The notes beneath the pieces are model-generated. The model had not been told where the DNA came from. It searched no databases and saw only the letters and a program-made list of their open reading frames with translations. A program made the position numbers and the translations under genes. This document shows, one piece after another, positions 1 to 8,962 of a stretch of 37,474 nucleotides of DNA. This DNA comes from an uncultured Bdellovibrionales bacterium (lineage in GTDB: Bacteria > Patescibacteriota > Minisyncoccia > Moranbacterales > GWC2-37-73). The stretch spans positions 1-37,474 of the forward strand of contig CAZAJN010000078.1 in NCBI GenBank assembly GCA_964485555.1. The letters are read 5' to 3'. Every line of letters begins with the position of its first letter. The stretch's first letter is position 1.

Positions 1-11
1 TCCAAAATAAA

Positions 12-55
12 ACAAAAACAGGGAGAACTAAAAAGGGTCTCCCTGTTTTTGTTTT
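12..55. terminator. Bidirectional intrinsic terminator hairpin
   Basis: Perfect 9-bp stem ACAGGGAGA (18-26) / TCTCCCTGT (38-46) with an 11-nt loop. An A-run lies upstream and a T-run (46-55) downstream. It sits just 3' of the minus-strand tRNA-Pro. Confidence 0.6.
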
Positions 56-58
56 ATG

Positions 59-130
59 TCGGGGCGCAGGGATTCGAACCCTGTCTAAATGATCCCAAAT
101 CACTCGTGCTACCGTTGACACCACGCCCCG
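59..130 (-). tRNA. tRNA-Pro (anticodon UGG)
   Basis: The reverse complement folds as a cloverleaf. Acceptor CGGGGCG/CGCCCCG; D-arm GTGT-CAACGGTA-GCAC; anticodon arm AGTGA-TTTGGGA-TCATT (anticodon TGG); T-arm CAGGG-TTCGAAT-CCCTG; discriminator A. No CCA is encoded. Confidence 0.9.
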
Positions 131-192
131 TGTTTACAACTAATATCCATACTACACTCTTTCAATTAAGACGTCAATAACGCTCAGAAAAC

Positions 193-224
193 AACAAAAT
201 CCCGCTTGCGCGGGATTTTGTTTC
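193..224. terminator. Bidirectional intrinsic terminator between hup and tRNA-Pro
   Basis: Stem ATCCCGC (199-205) / GCGGGAT (210-216) with loop TTGC, flanked by an A-run and a T-run. On the minus strand it is followed by TTTTGTTGTTTT. Confidence 0.6.
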
Positions 225-286
225 CATCTTTTGGATATATATTCAAAAAAATATATTTTCAATAAGGCGGTCTCTATAATCCAAAC

Positions 287-333
287 GAAGCGAGCGATGT
301 GAAAAATATTTTCACATCCGAGCGAGTGCAGAT
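287..333 (+). repeat. CGAGCGA-hairpin-CGAGCGAG element, copy 1
   Basis: Sequence GAAGCGAGCGA-[GATGTGAAAA ATAT TTTCACATC]-CGAGCGAGTGCAGAT. It is about 80% identical by eye to the reverse complement of 9087-9140. Confidence 0.6.
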
Positions 334-351
334 TATATAGGTCAAAGACCT

Positions 352-633
352 CTACTTTACAGCTTCCTTCAAAGCTTTGCCAGCAGTGAATTTTGGAACT
401 GTCATTGCAGGGATTTGGATTTTTGCTTTAGTCTGAGGATTGATTCCTTCTCGAGCAGCTCGCTGAGAAACTTTGAAAGTTCCGAATCCAGTCAATGTTA
501 CCTTGTTTCCTTGTCGGATTTCATTGGTAATAACTTCCTGAAGAGCTTCGATAACTGATTCAACAGCTTTCTTGGCAAGGTCAGTCTTTGTTGCAATTGA
601 ATCCACGAGGGCGTCTTTATTTACATTAGCCAT
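352..633 (-). CDS. hup: HU family DNA-binding protein
   Basis: 93-aa HU/IHF-like sequence (GFGTFKVSQRAAREGINPQTKAKIQIPAMTVPKFTAGKALKEAV). A GGTGGG SD lies about 7 nt upstream of the ATG at 633. The ORF-track start at 645 is a GTG inside that SD. Confidence 0.93.
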   Translation of the reverse strand: MANVNKDALVDSIATKTDLAKKAVESVIEALQEVITNEIRQGNKVTLTGFGTFKVSQRAAREGINPQTKAKIQIPAMTVPKFTAGKALKEAVK

Positions 634-681
634 AGTTTCACCCACCTTTCTAGTTAATAGATTTAACTTATCACTTTCCCG

Positions 682-711
682 ATTATACTCTTTATAGCAT
701 CAATAAAGCAA
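682..711 (-). promoter_or_regulatory. Candidate sigma70-type promoter for hup
   Basis: Minus-strand TTGCTT (706-711), an 18-nt spacer, then a perfect TATAAT (682-687), about 50 nt upstream of the hup start. Confidence 0.4.
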
Positions 712-801
712 ATTTAGTTATGCACATACCTACAAATATATAAATAAATGCAGTTGACTGAAGAATAAAATTTTAAAAAAATATTCTTTGTTTGAGTAAG
801 C

Positions 802-868
802 CTATATTTTCTCTAAAATTTTCCATTGATTGTGTTGAGTGAGGGAAAATTTTAGTTAGAAAATATAG
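802..868. repeat. Long imperfect inverted repeat (hairpin) between rny and hup
   Basis: Left arm CTATATTTTCTCTAAAATTTTCC (802-824) pairs with right arm GGAAAATTTTAGTTAGAAAATATAG (844-868). The motif CCTATATTTTCTCT recurs at 2513-2527. Confidence 0.6.
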
Positions 869-924
869 AGCGTCGAGTATATTTTTTTAAAAATTTTAGT
901 TCTTCAGACCTATTTACAAGGACC

Positions 925-2451
925 CTATCTGGCGTATTCAACACTTCTTGTTTCTCTCAAAACATTCACTTTGATTTCACCTGGATATTTCAAATCGGCT
1001 TCAATTTTGTCAGCAATTTCGCGAGCCAATTTCAATGCACCAAGATCGTCAATTTCTTCCGGCTTAACAAACACACGAATTTCTCGTCCAGCCTGAATTG
1101 CATAAGTTTTTTCAACTCCAGCAAAGGAATTTGCAGTAGTTTCCAATTCTTCCAATCTCTTCAGGTATTTTTCCAAAGTATCTTTTCGAGCTCCCGGTCT
1201 GCTGGCTGAAATTGCATCAGCGGCGGCAATGATGAATGACTCAGGAGTTTCAAACGGATAGTCTTCATGATGTGATTTCATCGCATCAACGACCTCTTGT
1301 GGCATTGAGAATTTTTCCAAAATCTTCATTCCGATTTCGATGTGTGTTCCTTGAATTTCATGATCAACCGCTTTTCCGATGTCATGCAAAAGTCCGGCCT
1401 TCTTGGCCACAGCCACATCGGCCCCCAATTCAGCAGCCAAGGCTCCTGAAAGATGCGCCACTTCCAATGAATGAAGCAGCACGTTCTGACCGAAACTTGT
1501 TCGATAGCGAAGTCTACCAATCAAGTGAACCAACTTAGGATCAAGACCGGCAATTCCCAAGTCATAAGTTGCAGCTTCTCCTGCTTCCTTGATCTTGTTT
1601 TCAATTTCTTTCTTGGCAAATTCAACAGCCTCCTCAATACGAGTAGGATGAATGCGACCATCTCCAATAAGTTTTTCCAAAGTAAGTCTTGCGATTTCGC
1701 GGCGCACTGGATCAAAGCCGGAAATGACAACTGCTTCTGGTGTATCATCAACGATGATTTCCACTCCCGTAAGTTTTTCCAGGGCTTTGATGTTTCTTCC
1801 TTCGCGTCCGATGATTCTTCCTTTCACTTCATCAGAAGGAATGGAAACTGTAGTAGTCACAACTTCCGCGGCATGAGAACCTGCATATTTCTGAATGACG
1901 CTTGTCATGAGGTTCTTGGCGCGCTTTTCAATGTCTTCACGACCTTCGCGTTCAATCTTGGCGATACGCTCTGCCAGAGCGGCCCTATTTTCCTCTTCAG
2001 TCAACTGCAAGAGAATTGCTTTGGCTTGTTCTTTCGACAGCCCAGCAATCTTTTCCAGTCTTTCCAACTCGCGCTTGCGAGCTTCTTCAGCTTCCTGACG
2101 AATCTTGCGAACCTCCTCGACTTTCTGCTCCAAAAGTTGACGACTCTTTTCAACTTCCTCGGTTTTCTGATCGATTGTTATTTCCTTCTTTTCAAGACGC
2201 TGCTCGCTTCTCAAAATCTGGTCTTCACGTTCTTTTTCTTTTTTCTTAGCCTCCTCCAAGATTTCAACAGCCTTATTCTTGGCATTCAAAATCATTTCTT
2301 GAGACTTCTGCTCAGCCTCCTGAGTCAATTTTTCAGCCTTTCCTTCAGCGCTATCAAGTTGCTTTTTTGCAATTGATTGCCGAAAAAACCAGCCAGCACC
2401 CGAGCCAACCGCAAGGCTGACCAGCACTGCCAATAATTCACCAATTCCCAT
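925..2451 (-). CDS. rny: Ribonuclease Y
   Basis: 508 aa with an N-terminal TM helix and a long charged coiled region. It has a KH domain (GRIIGREGRNIKALEKLTGVEIIVDD) and an HD domain (LLHDIGKAVDHE...HHE). Confidence 0.95.
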   Translation of the reverse strand: MGIGELLAVLVSLAVGSGAGWFFRQSIAKKQLDSAEGKAEKLTQEAEQKSQEMILNAKNKAVEILEEAKKKEKEREDQILRSEQRLEKKEITIDQKTEEVEKSRQLLEQKVEEVRKIRQEAEEARKRELERLEKIAGLSKEQAKAILLQLTEEENRAALAERIAKIEREGREDIEKRAKNLMTSVIQKYAGSHAAEVVTTTVSIPSDEVKGRIIGREGRNIKALEKLTGVEIIVDDTPEAVVISGFDPVRREIARLTLEKLIGDGRIHPTRIEEAVEFAKKEIENKIKEAGEAATYDLGIAGLDPKLVHLIGRLRYRTSFGQNVLLHSLEVAHLSGALAAELGADVAVAKKAGLLHDIGKAVDHEIQGTHIEIGMKILEKFSMPQEVVDAMKSHHEDYPFETPESFIIAAADAISASRPGARKDTLEKYLKRLEELETTANSFAGVEKTYAIQAGREIRVFVKPEEIDDLGALKLAREIADKIEADLKYPGEIKVNVLRETRSVEYAR

Positions 2452-2757
2452 ACATTTTCATTCGTTTCGTCTGGATGGGCAATACACACCAAAGTAAGCT
2501 CATTTTTTCAGAGCCCTATATTTTCTCTTCTGATTTTTTACTGTTCCAATGAGAAAAATTAACCATAAGTATTTCAAATCGCTTCATTATCAAGCTGAAT
2601 GTTCAATGTTTTTCTTGGATATTTTTCCGATTTAAGAAAAAGCACGTTTTCAGCATTATTAAGATAAAAAGCGTAAAATTGTATTGCTAGCCAAATCGAA
2701 CCGATCAATATTAACTTAGTTACCTGCTAAGCCCCATGGTAAAGCAAAATGCCATTT

Positions 2758-2786
2758 TTGTCAAAAGGCTTACAAGATGCTAAACT
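2758..2786 (+). promoter_or_regulatory. Candidate promoter for gpmI
   Basis: TTGTCA (2758-2763), a 17-nt spacer, then TAAACT (2781-2786), about 95 nt upstream of the ATG. Confidence 0.35.
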
Positions 2787-2846
2787 ATGTCATATAAACA
2801 TACAAACATAAATACAAAGATTGTTCTCAAGGCTTACATGCTTGAA

Positions 2847-2883
2847 ATATGTTTGGATGTTTAAATGCTTAAATGTTTAAATG
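2847..2883. repeat. Word-repeat spacer, family W4 (ATGTTTAAATG-type words)
   Basis: Sequence ATATGTTTGGATGTTTAAATGCTTAAATGTTTAAATG. The same words occur at 11418-11450 and 28645-28742. Confidence 0.7.
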
Positions 2884-4455
2884 AAAATTATGCATAAACC
2901 AGTCGTTCTAGTCGTGCTTGATGGATGGGGCATCAGCAACAACAGCAAAGGAAACGTCCTGAAAGAAACACAACTGCCTACCATTGAAAAACTCGATCAC
3001 TACTATCCAATGACCACTTTGCAAGCCTCCGGAATTTCAGTGGGCTTGTTTTGGGGCGAATCGGGCAACAGCGAAGTCGGCCACATGGCTCTTGGCGCCG
3101 GAAAGATTGTCTATCAAAACTTGCCAAGAATCACTCTGTCAATCCAGGATCGGACATTTTTTGCCAATCCAGCCCTGTCAAAAGTTATGGACAGCGTGAA
3201 AGAAAAAGATTCTTCCATTCATCTGATGGGTCTTGTGGGGCAAGGAAGCGTACATTCCTACATGGAACATCTCTATGCGATTTTGGAAATGGCCAAAGAA
3301 AAGGAAATCTCCAAAGTATACGTGCATGTTTTCACTGATGGAAGAGATTCACCTCAAACATCAGGAACAAAATCCATCCAAGATCTGCAAAACCACATGA
3401 AGTCAATCGGAGTTGGAAAAATTGCTTCACTCAGCGGCCGAAACTGGGGAATGGATCGCAACAACAACTGGGATCGTGTTGAAAAAGCCTACAGACTCCT
3501 GACAGAGGGAAAAGGAATCCAAGCCACTGATCCGATCAAATGCCTTCAAGATTCCTACGCCACTGAAATAACCGATGAATACATCGAACCATCAGTGATA
3601 ATGGAAGACGGTCAGCCAATAGCCACAGTCAAAGATGGAGACGGAGTCATTTTTTTCAATTTTCGTGAAGACCGTGCACGCGAACTCACCAAAGCTTTCG
3701 TACTTCCTGGCTTTGAAGGATTTCAGCGGGAACTTTTGAAAATAGATTTTCTGACTCTGGTGGAATATGAAAAAGATCTGCCAGTTGAGATAGCCTTTCC
3801 TCCAATTGTCCTTGCAGGTGGCCTTGGTGAAGTTCTCAGCGCAAACAAACTCACCCAACTTCGAATAGCTGAAACGGAAAAATATGCGCATGTCACATAT
3901 TTCTTCAATGGCGGGAAAGAAGAACCTTGGCCAGGTGAAGATCGTGTGCTCATTCCCTCACCGGCTGTTTCCAAGTTTGATGAAGCTCCAGAGATGAGCG
4001 CAGCCATGATAACTGAAAAAATTCTAGCAGCAGTTGAAGAAGAGAAATATGACTTCATCTTGGTGAATTACGCCAATGCAGACATGGTAGGACACACTGG
4101 GAATGAACAGGCCTGTGTGATAGCTGTTCAAACAGTAGACAAGAATCTTTCCCAATTGATTCCAGCCATTCTTAAAAAGGGCGGTTGTCTTCTCATCACT
4201 GCCGACCATGGAAATGTCGAGGACATCAAAAACTATCACACCGGACAAATTAACACGGAACATTCTTCCAATCCTGTGCCGCTTTGGTTTGTGACTGCTG
4301 ACAATCATCGAGAAAAAAAATCTGAAGAAATAGTCAGGCAGCAAAGTGAAGTTGGAGGTCTGCTCAGTGACCTTGCTCCAACCATTCTTGAAATTCTTGG
4401 CATACAAAAAAACGAGGACATGAACGGGGAAAGCTTATTGCCAATGCTTAAGTAG
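2881..4455 (+). CDS. gpmI: 2,3-bisphosphoglycerate-independent phosphoglycerate mutase
   Basis: 524 aa. Motifs VVLVVLDGWG, GNSEVGHMALGAGKIVYQ and ITADHGN are typical of iPGM. Confidence 0.95.
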   Translation: MKIMHKPVVLVVLDGWGISNNSKGNVLKETQLPTIEKLDHYYPMTTLQASGISVGLFWGESGNSEVGHMALGAGKIVYQNLPRITLSIQDRTFFANPALSKVMDSVKEKDSSIHLMGLVGQGSVHSYMEHLYAILEMAKEKEISKVYVHVFTDGRDSPQTSGTKSIQDLQNHMKSIGVGKIASLSGRNWGMDRNNNWDRVEKAYRLLTEGKGIQATDPIKCLQDSYATEITDEYIEPSVIMEDGQPIATVKDGDGVIFFNFREDRARELTKAFVLPGFEGFQRELLKIDFLTLVEYEKDLPVEIAFPPIVLAGGLGEVLSANKLTQLRIAETEKYAHVTYFFNGGKEEPWPGEDRVLIPSPAVSKFDEAPEMSAAMITEKILAAVEEEKYDFILVNYANADMVGHTGNEQACVIAVQTVDKNLSQLIPAILKKGGCLLITADHGNVEDIKNYHTGQINTEHSSNPVPLWFVTADNHREKKSEEIVRQQSEVGGLLSDLAPTILEILGIQKNEDMNGESLLPMLK

Positions 4456-4494
4456 CTTCTTAGCTTTTCAGCTTTTCAGCTTCCTAGCTTATTA
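4452..4494. repeat. Word-repeat spacer, family W2 (AGCTTWT/AGCTTTT words)
   Basis: Sequence GTAGCTTCTTAGCTTTTCAGCTTTTCAGCTTCCTAGCTTATTAG. Confidence 0.7.
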
Positions 4495-4506
4495 GAAATT
4501 TAAGAA

Positions 4507-4535
4507 ATAAAAAAACACCCTCGGGTGTTTTTTTA
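4507..4535. terminator. Bidirectional intrinsic terminator (gpmI / clpP convergent)
   Basis: Sequence AAAAAAACACC-CTCG-GGTGTTTTTTT: a 5-6 bp GC stem and tetraloop, with an A-run and T-run on either side. Confidence 0.75.
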
Positions 4536-4539
4536 TTGC

Positions 4540-4573
4540 CCTAAGAAGCTAATAAGCTAATGCCTAAAAAGCT
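4540..4573. repeat. Exact 34-nt repeat, copy A (W2 family)
   Basis: CCTAAGAAGCTAATAAGCTAATGCCTAAAAAGCT is identical to 22481-22514. Confidence 0.9.
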
Positions 4574-4583
4574 GTTACAGCTG

Positions 4584-5168
4584 TTACGCTATAAGCTTAT
4601 CCACAATTCCATAAGTCACTGCTTCTTCAGCGCTCATAAAATAATCGCGGTCAGTGTCTTTCTCAACCTTGGAAAGTTTCTGGCCGGTATGTTTAGCCAT
4701 GATTTTATTGAGAACATCTCTAGTTCTCAAGATATGTTGCGCGTGAATGTTGATGTCAGAAGCTTGTCCACTTGCTCCGCCCATGACCTGATGTATCATC
4801 ACTTCAGAATTCGGCAGCACGAATCTTTTTCCCTTTTTTCCGGCCCCAAGCAAAAGTGCAGCTGCTGAAGCTGCCAAACCAATGCAAATGGTCTGCACGT
4901 CAGGCCTGATGTATTGCATGGTGTCATAGATTGCCAAAGCGCTGCTTACTGAACCTCCCGGTGAATTGATATATATCTTAATATCCTCCTTGGGATTCTG
5001 CTGCTCCAAGAATAAAAGTTGAGCAATGACAGCATTAGCCACACCGTCGTCGATCGGAGTACCCAAGAAAATTATCCTATCTTTAAGCAAGCGAGAATAG
5101 ATGTCATACGCCCTTTCCCCATCGTTGGTTTTTTCAATAACGGAAGGAATCAAATAATTGTTTGTCAT
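4584..5168 (-). CDS. clpP: ATP-dependent Clp protease proteolytic subunit
   Basis: 194 aa. Motifs [49 protein letters not shown] and the MIHQ His motif are present. Confidence 0.96.
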   Translation of the reverse strand: MTNNYLIPSVIEKTNDGERAYDIYSRLLKDRIIFLGTPIDDGVANAVIAQLLFLEQQNPKEDIKIYINSPGGSVSSALAIYDTMQYIRPDVQTICIGLAASAAALLLGAGKKGKRFVLPNSEVMIHQVMGGASGQASDINIHAQHILRTRDVLNKIMAKHTGQKLSKVEKDTDRDYFMSAEEAVTYGIVDKLIA

Positions 5169-5268
5169 AAAATTATCTAAAAAATCAAACGATAAAATAT
5201 TTTAGATTTTAGTCATTGAAATTTTACTTGACATTTGATATTGAGATTTTAGGTTTTGCTTGAAAAAA

Positions 5269-6564
5269 TTAAGAAATTTTCTCGAGCATCTCAAGCACTT
5301 TCTCATTCTGCATCATACCTTTGACGTAATTATACAATTTTGCAAGATCAATATTCTTTTCCACGTCTTGGATTTTCTTGTATTGAGCCAATGTTTTGTT
5401 GAGCTCAGCTTCAACTTCCTCATTTGGAATTTCAATTTCCATCTCCTTAGCCACTTCCTCCAAAGCCAAAGCGGCTTTGATTCTTTTAATAGCTTGCGGT
5501 TCCCATTCTTTCTCCAATTCATCAACAGATTTTCCAATCTGAATCAAGTACTGTTCAAAAGTCATGTTCATGCCTTGAAGCTGCATTTCAAACTCTCCGA
5601 TCATTTTGTGCAGTTCCTCATGAATAAGAACGTGTGGAAGTTCCACTTCAGTAGAAGCAATAAGAGCCTCAATGATTTCTGCGCGTCTTTTTTCCTTAAG
5701 GTCATTTTTCTTTTCCTCTTGCATTCCTTCCTTGACGTTCTTTTTCATATCTTCAAGGTCCTTGAATTTTCCAAGTGATCGCGCAAACTCGTCGCTCACT
5801 TCAGGAGTTTTTCGTTCTTCAACAGTGTTCAAAGTGACCGTGAATTGAGCTGGTTTTCCAGCCAAGCCCTTTGCGTGATAATCTTTTGGAAATGTCAGTT
5901 CGAAATCCTTGATGTCTCCAGCTGTCATTCCGATCACCTGCTCTTCAAAACCAGGAATGAAAACTCCTCTCCCGAGAATCATTGGGTGATTTTTGCTGGT
6001 TCCATTTTCAATAGGCACGCCTGATTGTTTGACTTCAAAATCAAGCACAACATTGTCGCCATCCTGTGCAGCTCTGTCAACTTTCACATGTTGCACTCGG
6101 CTCTTTGCAATTTCTTCAATTTCCTTAGTCACATCTTCTTCAGTAACTTCGGCATTTTTTTTGAGATATTCTTTGTTGATTTTACCTACCGCGCTTTTGT
6201 ATGGCTTAACTGTGGCAACTGGAATAACATCAGTCATGATCTTATACACCAATTCGTTTCCTTCAGCCAACTTCAAGACTTCAGCTTTCGGTGCGCCAAT
6301 AGCCTCAATTTTATTTTCAGTCACAACTTTCGGATAAGTTCCCTGCACAGCTTTTTGAGCCGCAGCGTCAAGAAGCGCAGCTGTTCCAACTTTCTTTTCA
6401 ACCATGTCGCGAGGAGCCTTGCCAGCCCGAAATCCTTGGATTTTTATTTCCTTGGAAAATTCTTCAGCAGCTTGATCAATATATTTTTTCCATTCATCCC
6501 AGCCTACAGTCACAGTGATTTCAGCTTGAGAGTGCGGGAGTTTTTTAATTTCAGAATTTATCAT
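5269..6564 (-). CDS. tig: Trigger factor
   Basis: 431 aa with an N-terminal ribosome-binding motif (GFRAGKAPRDMVEKK), a central FKBP-like region and an acidic C-terminal arm. It lies directly upstream of clpP, the classical arrangement. Confidence 0.93.
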   Translation of the reverse strand: MINSEIKKLPHSQAEITVTVGWDEWKKYIDQAAEEFSKEIKIQGFRAGKAPRDMVEKKVGTAALLDAAAQKAVQGTYPKVVTENKIEAIGAPKAEVLKLAEGNELVYKIMTDVIPVATVKPYKSAVGKINKEYLKKNAEVTEEDVTKEIEEIAKSRVQHVKVDRAAQDGDNVVLDFEVKQSGVPIENGTSKNHPMILGRGVFIPGFEEQVIGMTAGDIKDFELTFPKDYHAKGLAGKPAQFTVTLNTVEERKTPEVSDEFARSLGKFKDLEDMKKNVKEGMQEEKKNDLKEKRRAEIIEALIASTEVELPHVLIHEELHKMIGEFEMQLQGMNMTFEQYLIQIGKSVDELEKEWEPQAIKRIKAALALEEVAKEMEIEIPNEEVEAELNKTLAQYKKIQDVEKNIDLAKLYNYVKGMMQNEKVLEMLEKIS

Positions 6565-6572
6565 CTTTTTTA

Positions 6573-6648
6573 GAATTATGAATTATGAATTATGAATCAC
6601 ACTTTGAATCAGGAATTTTTTCATAATTCTTGATTCATGACTCATGGT
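6573..6648. repeat. Word-repeat spacer, family W1 (ATGAATCA / TGATTCAT words) in inverted arrangement
   Basis: Sequence GAATTATGAATTATGAATTATGAATCAC...TCATAATTCTTGATTCATGACTCATGG. The arms are mutually complementary (GAATTATGAA / TTCATAATTC). Confidence 0.75.
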
Positions 6649-6649
6649 T

Positions 6650-7579
6650 CTATCTGCTTAGTTCCTCCATCAATGGCGGCACGATTTGCTTCTTGCGTGA
6701 AACAACTCCTGGCAAACTTATGATGCCACCAGTTGCTTGTGCAGCAAAAACTTTTTCTGCCAAAGATTTTTCCTCATCTCCAATGATATACATCTGGCAA
6801 TTCCCTTTGATGATGTCCACCACCATAAAGAAAATGTAGTCCAGCTTATCAGTGACTTTTCTCTCGCAAAGAATTTGAAAAATTTCATCCTTCTTTTCAT
6901 TCACGGTCTCAGGCAGGGTTGTTTCCCATGTTCCAATTCCCACCTTTTTTGATCCCATTTCAAATTCCTTATAGTCAAGAGTCGTGATTTCCTCTGTTGA
7001 AATACCTTCCAAGCTTGACTTGGCCTTGAACATTTCGGTCACATATTCTTCAACATTCAATTTCGCAATCTCATTCAATTTTTCAGCCAACATTTTGTCC
7101 TCATCTGTGACAGTTGGACTGGTAAAATTCAAAGTGTCCGACAAAATTCCACTGAGAAGCAGCTTTGCAGTCGCCTCACTTGGAACAAGATTCTTTTCAA
7201 AAAACATTTTAGCTGCCAAAGATGACGTGCTTCCTATGACTTCAGTTCTGACGAAAATAGGTTTTTCAGTCGCCACAGCCAGCTTATGATGATCGAAAAT
7301 ATAATCCACGTTGGCATATTCCACGCCGTCTGCAATCTGCGAAATTTCATTGTGATCAACCAAGGCAACACTGTCAGCCTGCATTCCTGCTTCGAAAAGA
7401 TCAGGAACTTCAACTCCCCATTTCTCCAAAATGAATTTTGTTTCATTGTTAAGCATACCAGCGCGGTAGGCTTTCGCATTTTTGCCAAGACCTTTTTCAA
7501 AATATTCTTGCAAAGCAATGGCTGAAATGACTGAATCAGTATCTGGATTCTTATGACCAATGATGATAATTTTATTCAT
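6650..7579 (-). CDS. ppaC: Manganese-dependent inorganic pyrophosphatase (family II, DHH)
   Basis: Motifs IIIIGHKNPDTDSVISAIAL, FDHHK and SDTLNFTSPT. The start is set at MNKIII (ATG 7579). The ORF-track extension MNHESWQS... to 7642 is encoded by the W1 repeat. Confidence 0.9.
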   Translation of the reverse strand: MNKIIIIGHKNPDTDSVISAIALQEYFEKGLGKNAKAYRAGMLNNETKFILEKWGVEVPDLFEAGMQADSVALVDHNEISQIADGVEYANVDYIFDHHKLAVATEKPIFVRTEVIGSTSSLAAKMFFEKNLVPSEATAKLLLSGILSDTLNFTSPTVTDEDKMLAEKLNEIAKLNVEEYVTEMFKAKSSLEGISTEEITTLDYKEFEMGSKKVGIGTWETTLPETVNEKKDEIFQILCERKVTDKLDYIFFMVVDIIKGNCQMYIIGDEEKSLAEKVFAAQATGGIISLPGVVSRKKQIVPPLMEELSR

Positions 7580-7608
7580 AACTCTTAGTTGAATTCTGAA
7601 TTTAGAAA

Positions 7609-7654
7609 AATGAATTATGGATTGCCATGATTCATGATTCATGATTCATAATTC
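7609..7654. repeat. Word-repeat spacer, family W1
   Basis: Sequence AATGAATTATGGATTGCCATGATTCATGATTCATGATTCATAATTC. Confidence 0.75.
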
Positions 7655-7664
7655 TTTTATCTTT

Positions 7665-8873
7665 TTATTCAGCGGACTCTTCTGCCTCAACTTCTTCGAC
7701 AACTGCAGCTTTCGCGGCAACACCGATCACGTCAATTTTCCAACCAGTAAGTTTTGCAGCCAGTCTCACGTTTTGTCCTTGCTTTCCGATTGCCAATGAA
7801 AGCTGATCTTCTGGGACGCTAACTTTGGCTTCCTTGCGATCTTCATTCAAAGCAACAGAAACAACTTTGGCCGGACTGATGGCAGCTGCGATATATTTCT
7901 CAGCTTTTTCATTCCATTCAATGATGTCAATTTTCTCTCCGGCAAGTTCTTCAATGATTGCTTGCACGCGAGTTCCTTTTTGTCCCACACATGAACCGAT
8001 AGGATCTATTCCTTCTTCATTTGAATAAACAGCAATTTTTGTGCGAGATCCAGCTTCGCGAGCAATTGATTTGATTTCAACTGTTCCAGCAAAAATTTCA
8101 GGGACTTCCAATTCAAACAATTTCCTGACCATGTCGGGATGAGTTCTGCTCAAAGTTATTCCGGGACCCTTTGGATCTGATTCAACTTTGTACAAATAAA
8201 CTTTCACGCGTTGACCCATGCGCAAATTTTCTCCTTGAACCTGTTCGGATGGAAAAAGCACACCGATTGATTTTCCAAGATCGATGAAAATATTTCTTCC
8301 TTCAATCCTTTGCACTGTTCCACTGACAACTTCACCTTCTTTGCCCTTATATTCGGCAAACATGCTGTCACGTTCAGCTTCACGGATTCTCTGAATGATG
8401 ACTTGTTTGGCAGTTTGAGCAGCCACGCGACCATATTCGCTCTGAGGCTCAAGTTCGATTTCAATAACATCTCCCAACTTAGCATCTTTTTTCAATTTTT
8501 TCGCTTCTGGAAGCAAAATATCACGTTCAGGATTGTAGCGAGGCAATTTTTCCTCACCTTCCACAATTTGTTCATCAAATTCTTCATCTTCGCCTTCTTC
8601 TCCTTCAACAAACTCTCTCAGAGTTTCATCCACAACGTCCTTGATAAGAAAAAATCTTGCATCTCCAGCAACTTCAGAAAATTTTGCATGAATACGCTGA
8701 CCACGTTTTCCGTAGTCCTTCTTGTATGCAGCCGAAAGAGCAGCTTCAATTGTTTCAATAACAACAGCCTTGGGAATGCCTTTTTCCTCTGCAATCTGCA
8801 TGATTGCGCTCCCAAATTCTCCCAATCTTGTTCCTTGTTCCTGGGCTTCGTCAGCCACTTTTCTTTTCGCCAT
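7665..8873 (-). CDS. nusA: Transcription termination/antitermination factor NusA
   Basis: N-terminal domain (IAEEKGIPKAVVIETIEAALSAAYKK), an S1 domain, two KH domains (GQKGTRVQAIIEEL, GKQGQNVRLAAKLTGWKIDV) and an acidic tail. I prefer the ATG at 8873; the ORF-track start at 8888 is a GTG. Confidence 0.93.
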   Translation of the reverse strand: MAKRKVADEAQEQGTRLGEFGSAIMQIAEEKGIPKAVVIETIEAALSAAYKKDYGKRGQRIHAKFSEVAGDARFFLIKDVVDETLREFVEGEEGEDEEFDEQIVEGEEKLPRYNPERDILLPEAKKLKKDAKLGDVIEIELEPQSEYGRVAAQTAKQVIIQRIREAERDSMFAEYKGKEGEVVSGTVQRIEGRNIFIDLGKSIGVLFPSEQVQGENLRMGQRVKVYLYKVESDPKGPGITLSRTHPDMVRKLFELEVPEIFAGTVEIKSIAREAGSRTKIAVYSNEEGIDPIGSCVGQKGTRVQAIIEELAGEKIDIIEWNEKAEKYIAAAISPAKVVSVALNEDRKEAKVSVPEDQLSLAIGKQGQNVRLAAKLTGWKIDVIGVAAKAAVVEEVEAEESAE

Positions 8874-8888
8874 AATTACTATATTCAC

Positions 8889-8916
8889 TAGCTTCGTTAG
8901 CTTTTAGCTTGTTAGC
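8889..8916. repeat. Word-repeat spacer, family W2
   Basis: Sequence TAGCTTCGTTAGCTTTTAGCTTGTTAGC. Confidence 0.65.
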
Positions 8917-8962
8917 AAAAATACTAAAAAAGTAATGATTTTTCTTATTAAATTGTTACTAT

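Noticed and set aside
1471-2376. Long antisense ORFs inside known genes: 1471-2376 (+) in rny, 5260-5778 and 6025-6573 (+) in tig, 8310-8891 (+) in nusA, 12932-13495 (+), 14736-15266 (+), 20655-21236 (+), 33855-34157 (-) and others.
   Set aside because: Their translations are low-complexity and Phe/Leu/Ser-rich, typical of the antisense of AT-rich coding sequence. Each fully overlaps a gene with strong homology-type motifs, and none has an SD or a recognisable domain.
6573-7654. Possible CRISPR array, suggested by the regularly repeated short sequences in spacers (also at 18268-18333, 21559-21590 and 32954-32995).
   Set aside because: The repeat units are only 7-14 nt. They are contiguous or inverted, with no 25-40-nt unique spacers between them. 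They sit in ordinary short intergenic gaps, and no cas genes are present.
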